From NCBI RefSeq assembly GCF_044704955.1, contig NC_091999.1, forward strand, positions 61,442,001 through 61,506,000: DNA of 64,000 nucleotides, written 5' to 3'. The notes under the pieces were generated by a model. It did no database searches. It had not been told where the DNA came from and saw only the letters and a list, made by a program, of their open reading frames with translations. A program made the translations under genes and the position numbers. Positions 50,601-62,620 of the stretch are shown in pieces. Within the stretch, counting starts at the first letter, position 1. Every line of letters begins with the position of its first letter. Source of the stretch: Pristiophorus japonicus (lineage: Eukaryota).

Positions 50601-52859
50601 CCCGGGGCAAGTTGGGTATTGGCTGGGCGGCCTCAGGTTCGGCCTTTTCGGCCTCGCCCGCCTCAGTCCCCGGGACGCTCGACCCGGCGGCTACGGATTC
50701 TTCCGCTGGCCCCACGCCCCCCACGACAGACAGATCTTTCACATCATCCCCGGGAGGCAGCGGCTGGGCAGCCTCGACTGCCTCACCCTCCCCGGGGACA
50801 GATTCCTCACGCCTACAGCGCAGTTCGGGGGCGCTGGTGGGGGACGCGGGACATGCGACGGGCACCGACTCCTCCGCGGAGGGATGTTGTTCTCCCTCCA
50901 CCTCATTGGAGCGGCGCCTCCTTTTTTTCCTGGGGGTGCGCGGAGGCAGGGAGACCCCCATGTCTGCCGAGGCCTCCCGCTCCACTCCCCCCTTTTTCTT
51001 GTCTTGCCCACGCCCGAACCCCTCGATGATACTAGTCAAGGGCTCGGGCACGGGTTCAGGGCACCCCGCGCTCGCCGGTGACTGGGTTTGGCCTTGCGTG
51101 GTAAACAAGTTGTTTGGCGCACCGAGGGGATGTTTCGCCTTCTTCCGCGCCTTCTTTCCGGCCGTGAAAACAAAGGCCCCCGATGATGCCCGCGCACCTA
51201 TGGCTCCCGGCAAGCGGATGCTACTAGGGGGAGGGGTGGCGGCGGCGCCAGCCTTGGACGCCCTCGGTGGTTTGGCAGCCTTGTTGGCGGGGCAGTTCTT
51301 GCGAACATGCCCCACCTCCCTGCAGGCATGGCACCGCACGCCATCCGACGTCCAGAAGACGCCGTAGGCAGTCCCCTCGTGCACCACATTAAAACAACCC
51401 TCCGTCGTCTCCTCCCGCGCCAGCCGGACAAAGAGCTGGCGGCGGAAGGAGAACACATGGCGCAGGCTGGTCTCCCTGAGGCCGAGCGGTATGGGGTTGA
51501 CCCCGACCTTACCTCCCCCAGTTGGTGTAGGTGAGGGAGGAGGAGCTCAGCGGGAACAAAGGGCGGGACGCTTGAAATGACGACCCTCTGCGTGGTGACC
51601 TCGAGAAGGTCCACTGGCAGGAAAGTCCCGCCCACCGTGAGCCCCTTTTCAAGGGCCAGGGACACCGGTCGCTCCGACCCCAGGAAGAACACGGCCTTCC
51701 CAGACATCTTGGAGGCTGCGACAATGGCCGAGGGGCCGACTACCCCAGCCATCGCCCGCGCACACTCCTCAATGCTCATTGTGGGGTGAGTGTAGCCCTT
51801 GACCCCGTGTTTTTTAGTTATCAGTCTGAATGGTGGCAGGGCAACAGGAGGCGCAGGAGGCGCCGTGGATGTGGACGCCGCCTGCGCATAATTCCTAGCT
51901 GGCCCTGCCACCAGCGTGGATGGGGTCGCCATCACGGGGTCCCTTTAAGCGCGACACCCACCCCAAAGTCACAGGCCTTAATGGTCTTAACTGGCCTCGT
52001 TTAAGTTCTTAACAGCGGGAGCTCTGAAAGAGGCACACCTCTCCCCTAATTTGCAATTGGGGAGGGGCCTTGCTCCCTCTGCTCAGTTGTCTTAATTGTT
52101 CTTGTCTTTTTTTCCCAATTGGGAGGAAAGGCTCTCAGAGAGAGAGGGGGGAGACAGAGAGAGAGACAGAGTGATGGGGTGTGGGAAAGAGGGAGGCTGC
52201 AAGGGCAGGTCTCCCTTCACAGTAATGGGTGGGTGCACTCCCCAGATGGCAAACAAAACAGTCTTTGGGGTGATCTTCGGCTGGGGGGAGAAGATGTCTT
52301 CACCTGGGGCAGCTGGAGCCACACAGGTACACACTCCCAACGATGTTAATTAGGGTGATTCAGTTTCTTCAGCCTGGTAGCTCCAGCTATCCCAGGCTAG
52401 GCAATTGGGTGAGGGGTGCTTCAGTGGTGTGTGGGCCTAGCTGTAGGCAAGACCCCCACACACACTTCCACACACACCCCCCCCCCCCCCCGCGGTGTTC
52501 TGGCCCTCGATTGGTCTTCTTTCCTCCCCCCACCGATACAACAAAGTATTTTTGGTGAATGCACCAAAACACACCCACCTTTGGCTGAAGAAGTCTTTCC
52601 CTCCTTCCACACTGGTAAGTTGTTGTTCTTTTTTCCACCTCTTTCCAACTCTTTGTTGAAATAATGAAGGTGTTGCAGTCTTCTGCTCTCCTCCTCTCAC
52701 TCTAGATGAATGGTAATGAAGCCCCTTCCTATCTCCTGTTCCTGGGCTGGTCTCAGGGCTCACTCCAGGCCTTCCAGACAGAAGCTAAAGCAGGGAGTTC
52801 CTTCTCTCAAAGCAGCCAGGCTCCAAGTGCATAGGCCACGCCTCCAAAGCTCCATCATT
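47679..52859 (-). mobile_element. Tx1 copy C (~5.2 kb, with a ~1.9-kb deletion in ORF2)
   Basis: ORF1 49879-51935; ORF2 jumps from EGKYAV to EPFLRLL at ~49750; followed by GGTCCTTGTGCATGAA at 52860-52875. Confidence 0.95.
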
Positions 52860-52875
52860 GGTCCTTGTGCATGAA

Positions 52876-53067
52876 ACTCTTTTTCGGAGTAAACAAAAAA
52901 CATTAAACCGTGCCCCCCCCCCCGATCTGGGGGAAACACCAAACATTTACAGGCCCTTTTATTTTTTGTGGTATTTTTTGGGGGGTTTTTTTTGGCACAA
53001 AAACATATTTTTTCTCCAAGTGCCCCCTATAAAAGGGGAGGGGGACACTAAAAGCACCGGCAATTAA
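52876..53067 (-). mobile_element. Tx1 copy D: 3'-UTR-only fragment (~190 bp)
   Basis: Homologous to 33368-33522, 40528-40701 and 47679-47836 (actctttt...gtgccccctataaaaggggagggggacac...caattaa). Confidence 0.9.
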
Positions 53068-53761
53068 TGTTAGTTTGCAGGTGCAGCAGGTAATCAGGAA
53101 GGCGAATGGAATGTTGACATTCATTGCCAGAGAGATGGAGTACAAAAGCAGGGAGGTCCTTCTGCAACTGTATAGGGTATTGGTGAGGCCGCACCTGGAG
53201 TACTGTGTGCAGTTTTGGTCACCTTACTTAAGGAAGGATATACTAGCTTTGGAGGGGGTACAGAGACGATTCACGAGGCTGATTCAGGAGATGATAGGGT
53301 TACCTTATGATGATAGATTGAGTAGACTGGGTCTTTACTCGTTGGAGTTCAGAAGGATGAGGGTTGATCCATAGAAACATTTAAAACAATGAAAGGCATA
53401 GACAAGATAGAGCAGAGAGGTTGTTTCCACTGCTCGGGGAGACTATAACTAGAGGGCACAGCCTCAAAATACAGGGGAGCCAATTTAAAACTCAGTTGAG
53501 AAGGAATTTCTTCTCCCACAGAGTTGTGAATCGGTGGAATTATCTGCAAAGGGGAGGAATTGAGGATAGCTCATTGAATGTATTCAATTCACAGAAAGAT
53601 AGATTTTTAACCAATAAGGGAATTAAGAGTTATGGGGAGCGGGCGGGTAAGTGGAGCTGAGTCCACGACCAGATCAGCCATGATCTTGTTGAATGGCGGA
53701 GCAGGCTCCAGATGCAAGATGGCCTACTCCTGTTCCTAATTCTCATGTTCTTATGTTCTTA
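53068..53761 (+). mobile_element. CR1-type LINE, right part (ORF2 C-terminus, 3' UTR, (TTCTTATG)n tail)
   Basis: QVQQVIRKANGML...LVRPHLEYCVQFWSP...LEGVQRRFTR directly continues the RT broken at 33367; tail atgttcttatgttctta. Confidence 0.95.
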
Positions 53762-53959
53762 TGAAGGTGTCCATCAGAACAAGGAAAATGCTTTACCACT
53801 GGATTTATTGACGGTTCTGTTGGTGATTATCAAGGAGATCGCTTCATGTCCCACCACACAGGTGTGAGAGGCGCCGCTGGCCCACTCCTCGGATGCAATG
53901 GATAGTAGGCTGTACATGAAGAAGGAGGACAGACACGGCTGGTTCCCGCGGATCTTTCG
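53762..53959 (-). pseudogene. IGHM: IgM Cmu4 plus proximal secretory tail, internally deleted, copy 2
   Basis: ctacag acceptor, then [11 protein letters not shown] fused to [29 protein letters not shown]...[10 protein letters not shown]; after a frameshift, LVLMDTF. Confidence 0.87.
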
Positions 53960-54851
53960 CTGTAGAACAGTTACAACAAAGGCCAATGAACTGGATAGTT
54001 CCAGAGACAATGGGGGAATTTCAACCCAATACAGCGGGCGGGTTTTGGGCGTGGAGGTTGTTAAATTGGTAAAAATTAGAATCCCTACCTCAACTCGCCT
54101 ACTTCCAGTTGTAATATTATATTTGAGTAATATATTTAAATGATACTTGAATCCTCTATTTTAACCACCATTTGGTGTTTAACAGTCGTTGGTCCGGTTT
54201 GACACACTGTGTAAATCTCAGCAGTTACAGCAAGGTGGGGATTGCTGCTCCCAGGTGATAATTGCCCTTGCACCTACCTCCTGGATCCAGGATCCGCGAC
54301 CTCCTCACTCGGCTTCCAATCCTCCCGTTTTCACTGGTGGCCTGTGAGACCAACGCCCACAACTCGCCTTCCTCATTTAAATTCAGCCAATTTCCGGTGG
54401 TTAGATGTGAGAGAAATGGACACCGCGTTGAATTTTGACGCTTTTCATTTTCCCCTCTGTTGCCTCTCTGGTTTTCCATCCCTTATCCGAGGGAAAGTAA
54501 TCTTTCTCTCTGAAATCTTGAAGCATTGGACTGGAAAATGACAAAGAATTTAATGCACAGAACGAGGAGATTTGGCCAACTGGTCTATGCCGGTGGTTGT
54601 GATCCACACAAGCCTCCTCCGAGCCCACTTCATCTAAACCTAATAATATACCGTTCTATTTCTTTCTCGCTCATGGACTTATCCAGTTTCCCCTAAAATA
54701 CATAATGTCAGGTCCCAGAGTGCTGAGTTGGTGGAATTACCAACCTGAATGATCAGAGTAGCCATTAAACACTTTATATAATCAATTGGCCCTTGCACAC
54801 GCATCGAAATTGTCGCAGTGTCTTACTTATTGCAACAATCTCCCCGCTCAC

Positions 54852-55159
54852 CCTTTTCCTTGTGGATGGAATCTCTGAGAGGAGTCGGCATATCCTGATG
54901 GCTCACCACGCAGTAGAACTTATTCCCACTCAGCCAGTCTTGTGTCGAGATGTTTTAGTTGCTGATCACACTGTTGGGATCCTCTCCGGGTTGGACGGCA
55001 ATCTCTGATTTCAAAGACTCGTTTTTTCGTGTCCAGGTCACGGTGAGCCCATAAGGAGCGTTAGACACGACGCACGTTAAGGTCACCGTCGCCTCCAGTA
55101 AAACCTGTTCCAGTGACTGTGGGCGAAGAGTGATTTTTAATCGCTGCATGGGACATCCA
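54852..55159 (-). pseudogene. IGHM: IgM Cmu3 exon, copy 2 (frameshift and TAA)
   Basis: [21 protein letters not shown]...[39 protein letters not shown]; cgcag acceptor, GTGAG donor; 308 nt. Confidence 0.9.
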
Positions 55160-57113
55160 CTGCGAAACAGGAATGAAAGTCAGGAAAAGCCGCATCTTCA
55201 GAATCAGGACACCAATAATTAGCCTTAACTCTTTCAAGGGGAATAACTCAATTTTGAGATATCAACCTCTCGCTATTGCTTGAACACCGTCGTTATGGAA
55301 GGACAATGAATTTGCAACGATTCCGGGGAATCTGTAATATTTCCTGTGTATTTGAGCCAGAGCTACCTGTAATGGCCTGTGAAGCAAATACCTGGCGTAA
55401 AATGGGAATACATTGGGACGCAATTGTGATAGGCACTGAATAGCGCTCTTCCTGAAATCCCTTGCTCCTTTACGCCCGTCTATAGATTCTTGCACCCAAG
55501 TGCATCTCCACTGGTTATAATAGCTGAAGCCCGAATATCCCCAAGTTCAAGAGGTCTACACCAGCATTACCCTGGTTCAAAACCAGTGTCAAATTAATTT
55601 CAGGATTTATGGGACAACAGGAAACAAAGTTAATTTTCTAGTCTTTTGCTGCTATTTTTGTTGCGATGAAAATGTGCAGGAACCAGTCACATCCACCGTC
55701 AGAGGAGAAGTGCAAGGTCCGGAGAATGGAGTTGCAAGGAATCTTTTGTGGTGGGGCATCATTTGTAATGATGTGAGGTAGTTTGTTAATATCTGTAATT
55801 ACTGAACATTTATCATGTCTGGTGAGAGAGATTCAGAAAGCACTATGACCTCAGGGCATTAATAGCAACAAAGGAATAGGAAAAGGTCATTCAGCCCATC
55901 CATCCTGTCCCGCCATCCAGTTAGATCATGGCTGATCAACACTCAACACCATCTTCACGCCTTGGTTATGTAACCCATGATAAACTTGCCGAACAAAAAT
56001 CTATCAATTTCAGTTTTCAACTTTTCAATTGAAAGCAAGTGTCAGCAGCTTTTGGGGAGGGAAATCCCGAATTGCAATATTCTTCCTGTTAGAAAATCCT
56101 TTCTGACATCACCTCTGCACGGCCTAACTCTAATGTTAAGGTTTTGCTACTTGTTCTGGACTCTCCCATCAAACTAAATACATGTTTTTATATCTACTCG
56201 ATACAATTCCATTTATCAACTTAAACACGTCAATTGGACCATCTCTTAACGTTCTATTCTCACCAACTGATCATTTTACATTATTAGCCCCGGTATAATT
56301 CGGGTAAACCTGCAGTTTAGCACCTCCACGTATATCCTTCCTCAGGTGCGGAGCCCAGAATTGGGCTCAGTACTCTGAATAGGGTAGATGCCCATTCTTG
56401 CAGTGGGTTCCTGGACAGTTAGCAGTGAAGGATTCCAGACTCCTATTGCCATTCCCTATATGATCAGCTAACTCAGGATATACCTGAGACTAAGGACACT
56501 TCACTCACTGCCTGACACCAGAGCAAGGGGAAAGCTTCTTTGGCGAGGTTAATAAATCCTGAGCAATGAGGAATCCTGAACCAAAAGATCGTGGGTTGAA
56601 GTCCCACTCCAGATATTTGATCACAATATGTAAGCTGAGTCTCTCAGTGCAGTACTGGGGGCGTGGTGCATTGTCGGAGGTGCCGTATTTCGGATCATGT
56701 GTTAAACCAAGAATCCGTCTAGCCTCTCAGGTGGAGGTAAAAGTTCCCCTGGAATTATTTCAATGAAAAGCAGAGGAGTTCTCCCTGGTGGCCTGGGAAT
56801 ATTAATCCCTCAAGAAATAACACTAAACAAAAAAAATGGTCGTTATCACACTGCTGTTTGTGGGAGCTTGTTGAGCACTAAATGACAGCCGCACTTAGTA
56901 CATTACAACTGTGACCACATTTCACAACTTAATTCATTGCCTGGCAAGCGCTTTGGTTCAGTCTGTGGTCGCTGAAGGCGATGTATAAAGTCAAAATTGT
57001 ATCACAAGAATACACAAACTGCATGATTGGGAATTAGGAATATTCCTCTGCTTTCTACTAATTTCAATCAGCGCTCAGAATGGTCTGGAACCTCCCTGGA
57101 TTGTGCCTCTTAC

Positions 57114-57431
57114 CCTAAGATCTGCTGAAGTTACGGCTTTGTGTGCCCCCTTCATGAGTGACCTGGCAGGTGTAGACCGAGCCGGTGAACCATTCCCTGT
57201 CTGGGAGTGTCAGACGACTGGCCGTCAAAACGTTTCCGTTCATCTCAAAGGCGGGAGAGGTGATGAAGCCCGAATCCAGGAGTTGTCCACTCTTCAGCCA
57301 ATTCACGGTCAGTGACTTTGGCCTTAATTCGATGATTGAACACATGGCGCTTACATATCTGCTGCAGATGATTTGTTCAGTGGAACTTAGCAAGAGGAGA
57401 ACAATTGGAGGAACGATGATCCGTTCAGGAC
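57114..57431 (-). pseudogene. IGHM: IgM Cmu2 exon, copy 2 (TAG at 57115-57117; putative acceptor AAG changed to AAC)
   Basis: Paralog of 1640-1957. Confidence 0.88.
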
Positions 57432-57570
57432 GTTCACGAGAAGGCATTTTATTGACATTGCTTGCAAAATAAATGATTAAGAAAGGCAAAGTCTCCTTAT
57501 ATTTTAACAAGTTCTTTGCTGTCAGATCCACACTAACCTGGCATTTGCAGAGAGCAAAATTGTGCGCAGT

Positions 57571-57850
57571 ATACTCAGTGTAATATGCAGACCAGAACTG
57601 TGCATAATATTGTAAGTGCGATATGGGGACCAGAACCATGCACAGTATTCTAAGTGTAATATGGAGAGCAGAGCTGTGCATACTATTCTAAGTATGATAT
57701 GGAGAACAGAACTTTACACAGTATTCTAAGTATGAGATGGAAACCAGAATTGTAAACTAAAACCTAAATGTGATAAGGAAACTAGAACTGTGCACAGTAT
57801 TCTAAGTATTATATGGAGACCAGAACTATGCACAGTACTCTAAGTGTTGT
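57571..57850. repeat. 38-bp minisatellite, ~7 units
   Basis: Paralog of 2097-2530, four units shorter. Confidence 0.88.
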
Positions 57851-57925
57851 CTAAACAAGTTTCTATACAAGTTGAACATAACTTCTCACCTTTTCACAGT
57901 TTGCCCTGTATCCCACATCATTAAC

Positions 57926-58224
57926 CTGACATTGTGATGTTCCACAGCGACCCACCACGTCGAACTTCGCAGCAGATTGTGCTGCTCCCCACCTCGGACT
58001 CGGTGATGGTTAATTGGCTGCTCAGGGTGTTGGTTCAATTCTTTTTGAGCAATGACGGGTAGGTCTTCAATCCAGTCGTGGTCGGCTCTTTATCTTCCTT
58101 CCAGAAAAGGCTGATGATGTCAGGGGAGTCGTCCATCACCAAACAGCCCTACGTGATGGAGCCATCGGTGCTGGGTTGTTCACAGGAGGAGAGCAGGGCG
58201 CAGAGGGTGGGGGAGACGGTGTTA
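57926..58224 (-). pseudogene. IGHM: IgM Cmu1 exon, copy 2 (1-nt deletion, TAG 58149-58151, TGA 58035-58037)
   Basis: Paralog of 2604-2903; 299 nt. Confidence 0.9.
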
Positions 58225-61200
58225 CTGGGAAGGAATGGCCCATTGAACAAGTTAGACTCTGTAATCCGTGCTTATAAAAGAAATAAACAAATCGAAATTT
58301 GACTGCAGAATAAACTAATTCCACCATTTCTCCATCAAAGGCTACACGGGCATTTGAGCTTCTGTCAGTTCTATCGTAAGCACCTGTCAATGCGCTGGTC
58401 AGGAACGCACCACTCTATCACCGAGCTCTATCACATTACACAACAAGAACCTTTACACAACTCGTCAATAAAGAAACCTTCATTGGATCGTGCAATAGCA
58501 GAACAGAGACGTGTTCCTGTTATTTCGGCCTGCATTTATTTCTCAATGAGCACCATTTTTTGTCCTTTATTTAATTGCAGTTTGGGGAAATTTGCTCTGT
58601 GCACATTGCCTGTGGTGTATCCCTACAAAACAACAGTGACTGCACTTCAAAGGAGCAGCGGAATTCCTGCTTAGGACGTTAGCAAAAAACCCTCCAAACT
58701 TGCCTACCACATAATTCAACAGGTAGCATTTCCATAGTCTAGTTTCTAAGATGCATGTTTTAAATGAACCGCGATTGAGACGAATGTCTTCCTTATTTTC
58801 TCAGCATTTGAGTGAGAGCGATGTCCTTCAGCGCACTGTGATCTGAGCACTATTCCATTCAATTATATGCATGTCTCTTGAGTAGCCTGCTTCCTGCCAC
58901 TCCATTCATAATCCGAATAAAATACCATTCCAAAATCCGGTTAATTTGAAGTTTACTTCTTAAATGGCCCCTTTCAATTCCCATTGTTGTTCTTGTTATA
59001 TAACAATAACATGGACTTGGTTACAGGGAATACAATTTCGAAGTTCGAAAATGATGCAAAACCTGGCAACGTAGCCAATAGTGAGCATGATAGCAGCAGA
59101 CTCCATGAGAAGACAGATGGACCAGTGAAATAGGTTGGGACATGGCAATTGCAATTAAATGCGAATCATTGAGAAGCGATGCACATTGGGTGGAAGTTGG
59201 AGAGGCAGTATAATCTAAATAGTATTGTTTTGAGGGGATGCACGAATAGAGAGATCTGGATGTACATATTCACAAATCTTTGAAGAGGGCAGGGCAAACT
59301 GGTAAGGCTGTTAGGAAAGCGTATGGGATACTTGACTTTGTAAATGGGGCATTGACTACAAAAACAAGGCGGTTATGCTAAGCTTACAGATCACGTGTTA
59401 GGCCTCAGCTGGACTATTGCGTACAATTTTGTCACCACAATGTAGGAAGGATGTCAAGCCCTTGGGGAGCGTAGAGGGGAGACTTTTACCTGGATGATGC
59501 CAGGGATGGGGTCTTCAGTTGTGTGGAGAGATTGGAGAAGCTAGAATATTCTCCTTAGAGCAGAGGTTAAGAGGAGACCTAAGAGAGATATTCAACATTA
59601 TGTCAGGTTTTGATATACTAAGTCGGGAGAAATTGTTCCGCTGGAAAGTAGGTGGGTAACCAAATGTCGCCGTTTTAAAATAATTGTGAAAAGATCAGAA
59701 GGTGAAATTAAGGTGATTTTTTTCACACAGAGCGTTGGTAATTTCAGGAATGCACAAGGCAGTATCTCCAGTACGTCAGGAGGACTCATTTGCACGTTAA
59801 ACTCTGGGGAGTTGGACTAAATTGGACAGCTCTTTCAGAGCCGGCACAGGCACGATGCCTGAATGGCCTCTTCCAATGCTGTGAGATGCTATCAGTCTAC
59901 ACAAGTCAGTGGGAATAGTTCTTCTAGATTTCATGGAAGGAAACACTTCATATTTTGGACACCTATACCAGATCTATTTTTATTGTTCGTTATAATAAAA
60001 GAGGATATTTAAAATAAAGGGATCTTATAAATCTGACGCAAATTAGTCAATCACATGCTGTTAGAAAGGCTTAAATTCATTGCGAATGATGACTTATTGC
60101 AGGTTGACTCTCTCTCTTTAAATGTTTCACAGCATTGCAGCTCAGTTACTGTGTGCCTTGTGTTGTGACCCAGGCCAATAGCTGCATCTCGTCACAGTTT
60201 GTCCCTGCCTTTAACCTTCTCAGGAAGAATTGGACAACATAATTTTTCTAAACATGTGGTCCCCATGATGGTTATTTGAAGTGGGAGTTTCGATATTCTC
60301 TATTTTAATTGTGGAAATAACTTGTAACCTCCCATCAGATCAGAACAGGCGCTGCTTTCTGGAGCGTTATTCACTTCCTGAAACTGTTTGTTCTGAAAGT
60401 GAGCTGAGGATCAGGCCAATCATGTTCATTAGTAATCTGATGCTCAAAATGTTCAAACATTAATAACTCATTAAAAATTGAGCAGTTTATCTGCTATCTG
60501 TTAGACGCTGATAACGGTGCCTAGAACACTGCCTGACCAAGCACTCTCAGGTCAGATACAGCACGGATAAGAGAGCAAAGCTCCCGCTATGCTGCCGTGT
60601 GGGTCAGGACAGGTATAGCAAGTGTTGCACACAGAGTAATATATTATCTATACTATCCCGTCAAACATTCCCAGCTCAAGTACTGCAGAGATGTGCTACG
60701 AAATGTCTCCCCATAAAATGCGTTATCAAATTGACCGATTAATTAAGCACAATTATGACGAGTACAATGAAAAGCTTCCAAAACACTGTCCCATTAAAGC
60801 GCACCACCCCTCCAAAGCTCTGATTAAATAGAAGATCATTCTATATTGAAGGACCCAATTAAATTCCACGTCCTTGTAAAGAAAAGGTTAAAGACTGATT
60901 AAAGCTATCTCTGCAATGTCCCATCAAGCATTGGCAGATAAGATAAATCACGGGTTAGTTGCAGAGTAAAGCTGTCATATCAAACACTGTCAGGGCAGGT
61001 ACAACCGGGTTAGAAACTGATTAAAACTCCTTCGACTGTCTCCCCGTGGTGTTTCGGAACTGCTCCTTCTGACTGTCACAATCTGGATTACTGATCTCAT
61101 CTCTACGGCGACTCCTCAACCTTAAAGTCAATCTTTCCCGTTTCTCACATATACCAGTTTCTTAAATAACTGAATTAAGTGACACTGCCCGCAATACAGG

Positions 61201-62537
61201 ATCACAACCCAGAAGGTTTACAACCCGTCAGGAGGACTCCTGATTCTCACCCAGTGAGCAGGCGCACAGAAACAGAACAGACACAAACGGTGCAAAAAGG
61301 TTGCTCCAGGCAGAGAGAGACCAGTTCAATCTGTTAATTTCAATGAAGCTGTTTGATTTCTAGTTTATTTCTTGTCAATTTCCAACCACCTCAACGCTGC
61401 AGATTCTTTGAAATTAATCTGATATTAATTTGAGAGACTCTTCAACATCCAGCCATTTCCCCATCTCTGTCAACTATCTTGTAAACCGTGTAAAAATTAA
61501 CTTCCCTGAAAGCAAGTATCTGGAAATAATTCACATTCCACGGGAATTTGCTGCCTGTCACACGGGACTCGGTGACAGAGTAAGAATGTCACAATCCAGG
61601 AGACATATCCAGTGATACCTAATCAGCCACTGATTTTATATATTTTCATCAGTAAATATAACCTGTAAAATCATCGCGGAAAAACAGGAAATTAATTCAC
61701 TAAAATCTGCAGCGACACCTTGTCGAACTCAGCACAGCCGAGTTATAAATGTATTGTTTTCTAAATTAATATATGAATGAATTAAACATTATCTCCAACC
61801 CTTGAAATTTTGCAATAATTGTAATACTGACCAGTATGCAACACAATTGTAAGGGCTCGCTTATGTTTTAATGAATTAGCACTGATGTTACATTCTAATT
61901 TAATGTTCATGTTAGCTGAATATTGAAAATAATCTGAGTGCCAGTCTGGCCCTTCCTCCTCAGAAGCATACCTACCTGGAACTTTTGAAATTAAATTAAT
62001 GTGCTTGAATTTCAGCCATACAAATACAAGTAATTATTAATAATTCTAAAACCTTTTCTGCCTGATAACTTATGATATATTATGGTTTATTTAACTTACC
62101 ATAACAATTAATCAATATTACAATATTAAGCAGCATATTAATACATAACTACTCAGAAATATACCTTATTTTTACTTAAATGGAATCAAATTTGAATAAT
62201 TGACAATAATCAGGCAGTTCTACTAATGTCCCGCTCTCGACCGACACCTTTTTAAACTCTGCATGTTTCTAATGTAGCATAAACTGCGTCTATTCGCAGA
62301 GAACATTTCACATGATGGATTTGGGGGTGGTCTAATTTAAATAGTTCTCTGTCCAGCCGGGGTCACAACTCCGATGGGCTGTAAACCGCTTGTTTACTAA
62401 TGCTGGAATCTCGAGCTGAAATATTCTCCTCAATCTTAAACCCCAAAAATGGTTTTATTAATTAAAATCCATCCTTGCAGTTTGCAGTCAGTAGCAGAGC
62501 CTCCGCTACTTAATAACACAGACAATCTTTTAAAGTT

Positions 62538-62620
62538 CATAGAGACATAGAAAATAGCTGCAGGAGTAGGCCATTCGGCCCTTCGCGCCTGCACCGCCAT
62601 TCAATGAGTTCATGGCTGAA
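62538..62620 (-). mobile_element. Short CR1/SINE 3'-tail fragment
   Basis: catagaaaatagctgcaggagtaggccattcggcccttcgcgcctgcaccgccattcaatgagttcatggctga. Confidence 0.75.

Larger units (their letters stand above)
55491..62451. repeat. Segmental duplication copy 2, paralog of 1-7173
   Basis: Colinear match as described for copy 1. Confidence 0.97.

Noticed and set aside
36707-51367. Long plus-strand ORFs (450, 301, 490 aa) opposite Tx1
   Set aside because: Antisense shadows of GC-rich Tx1 ORFs; boundaries are not conserved between copies and no domains are recognisable.
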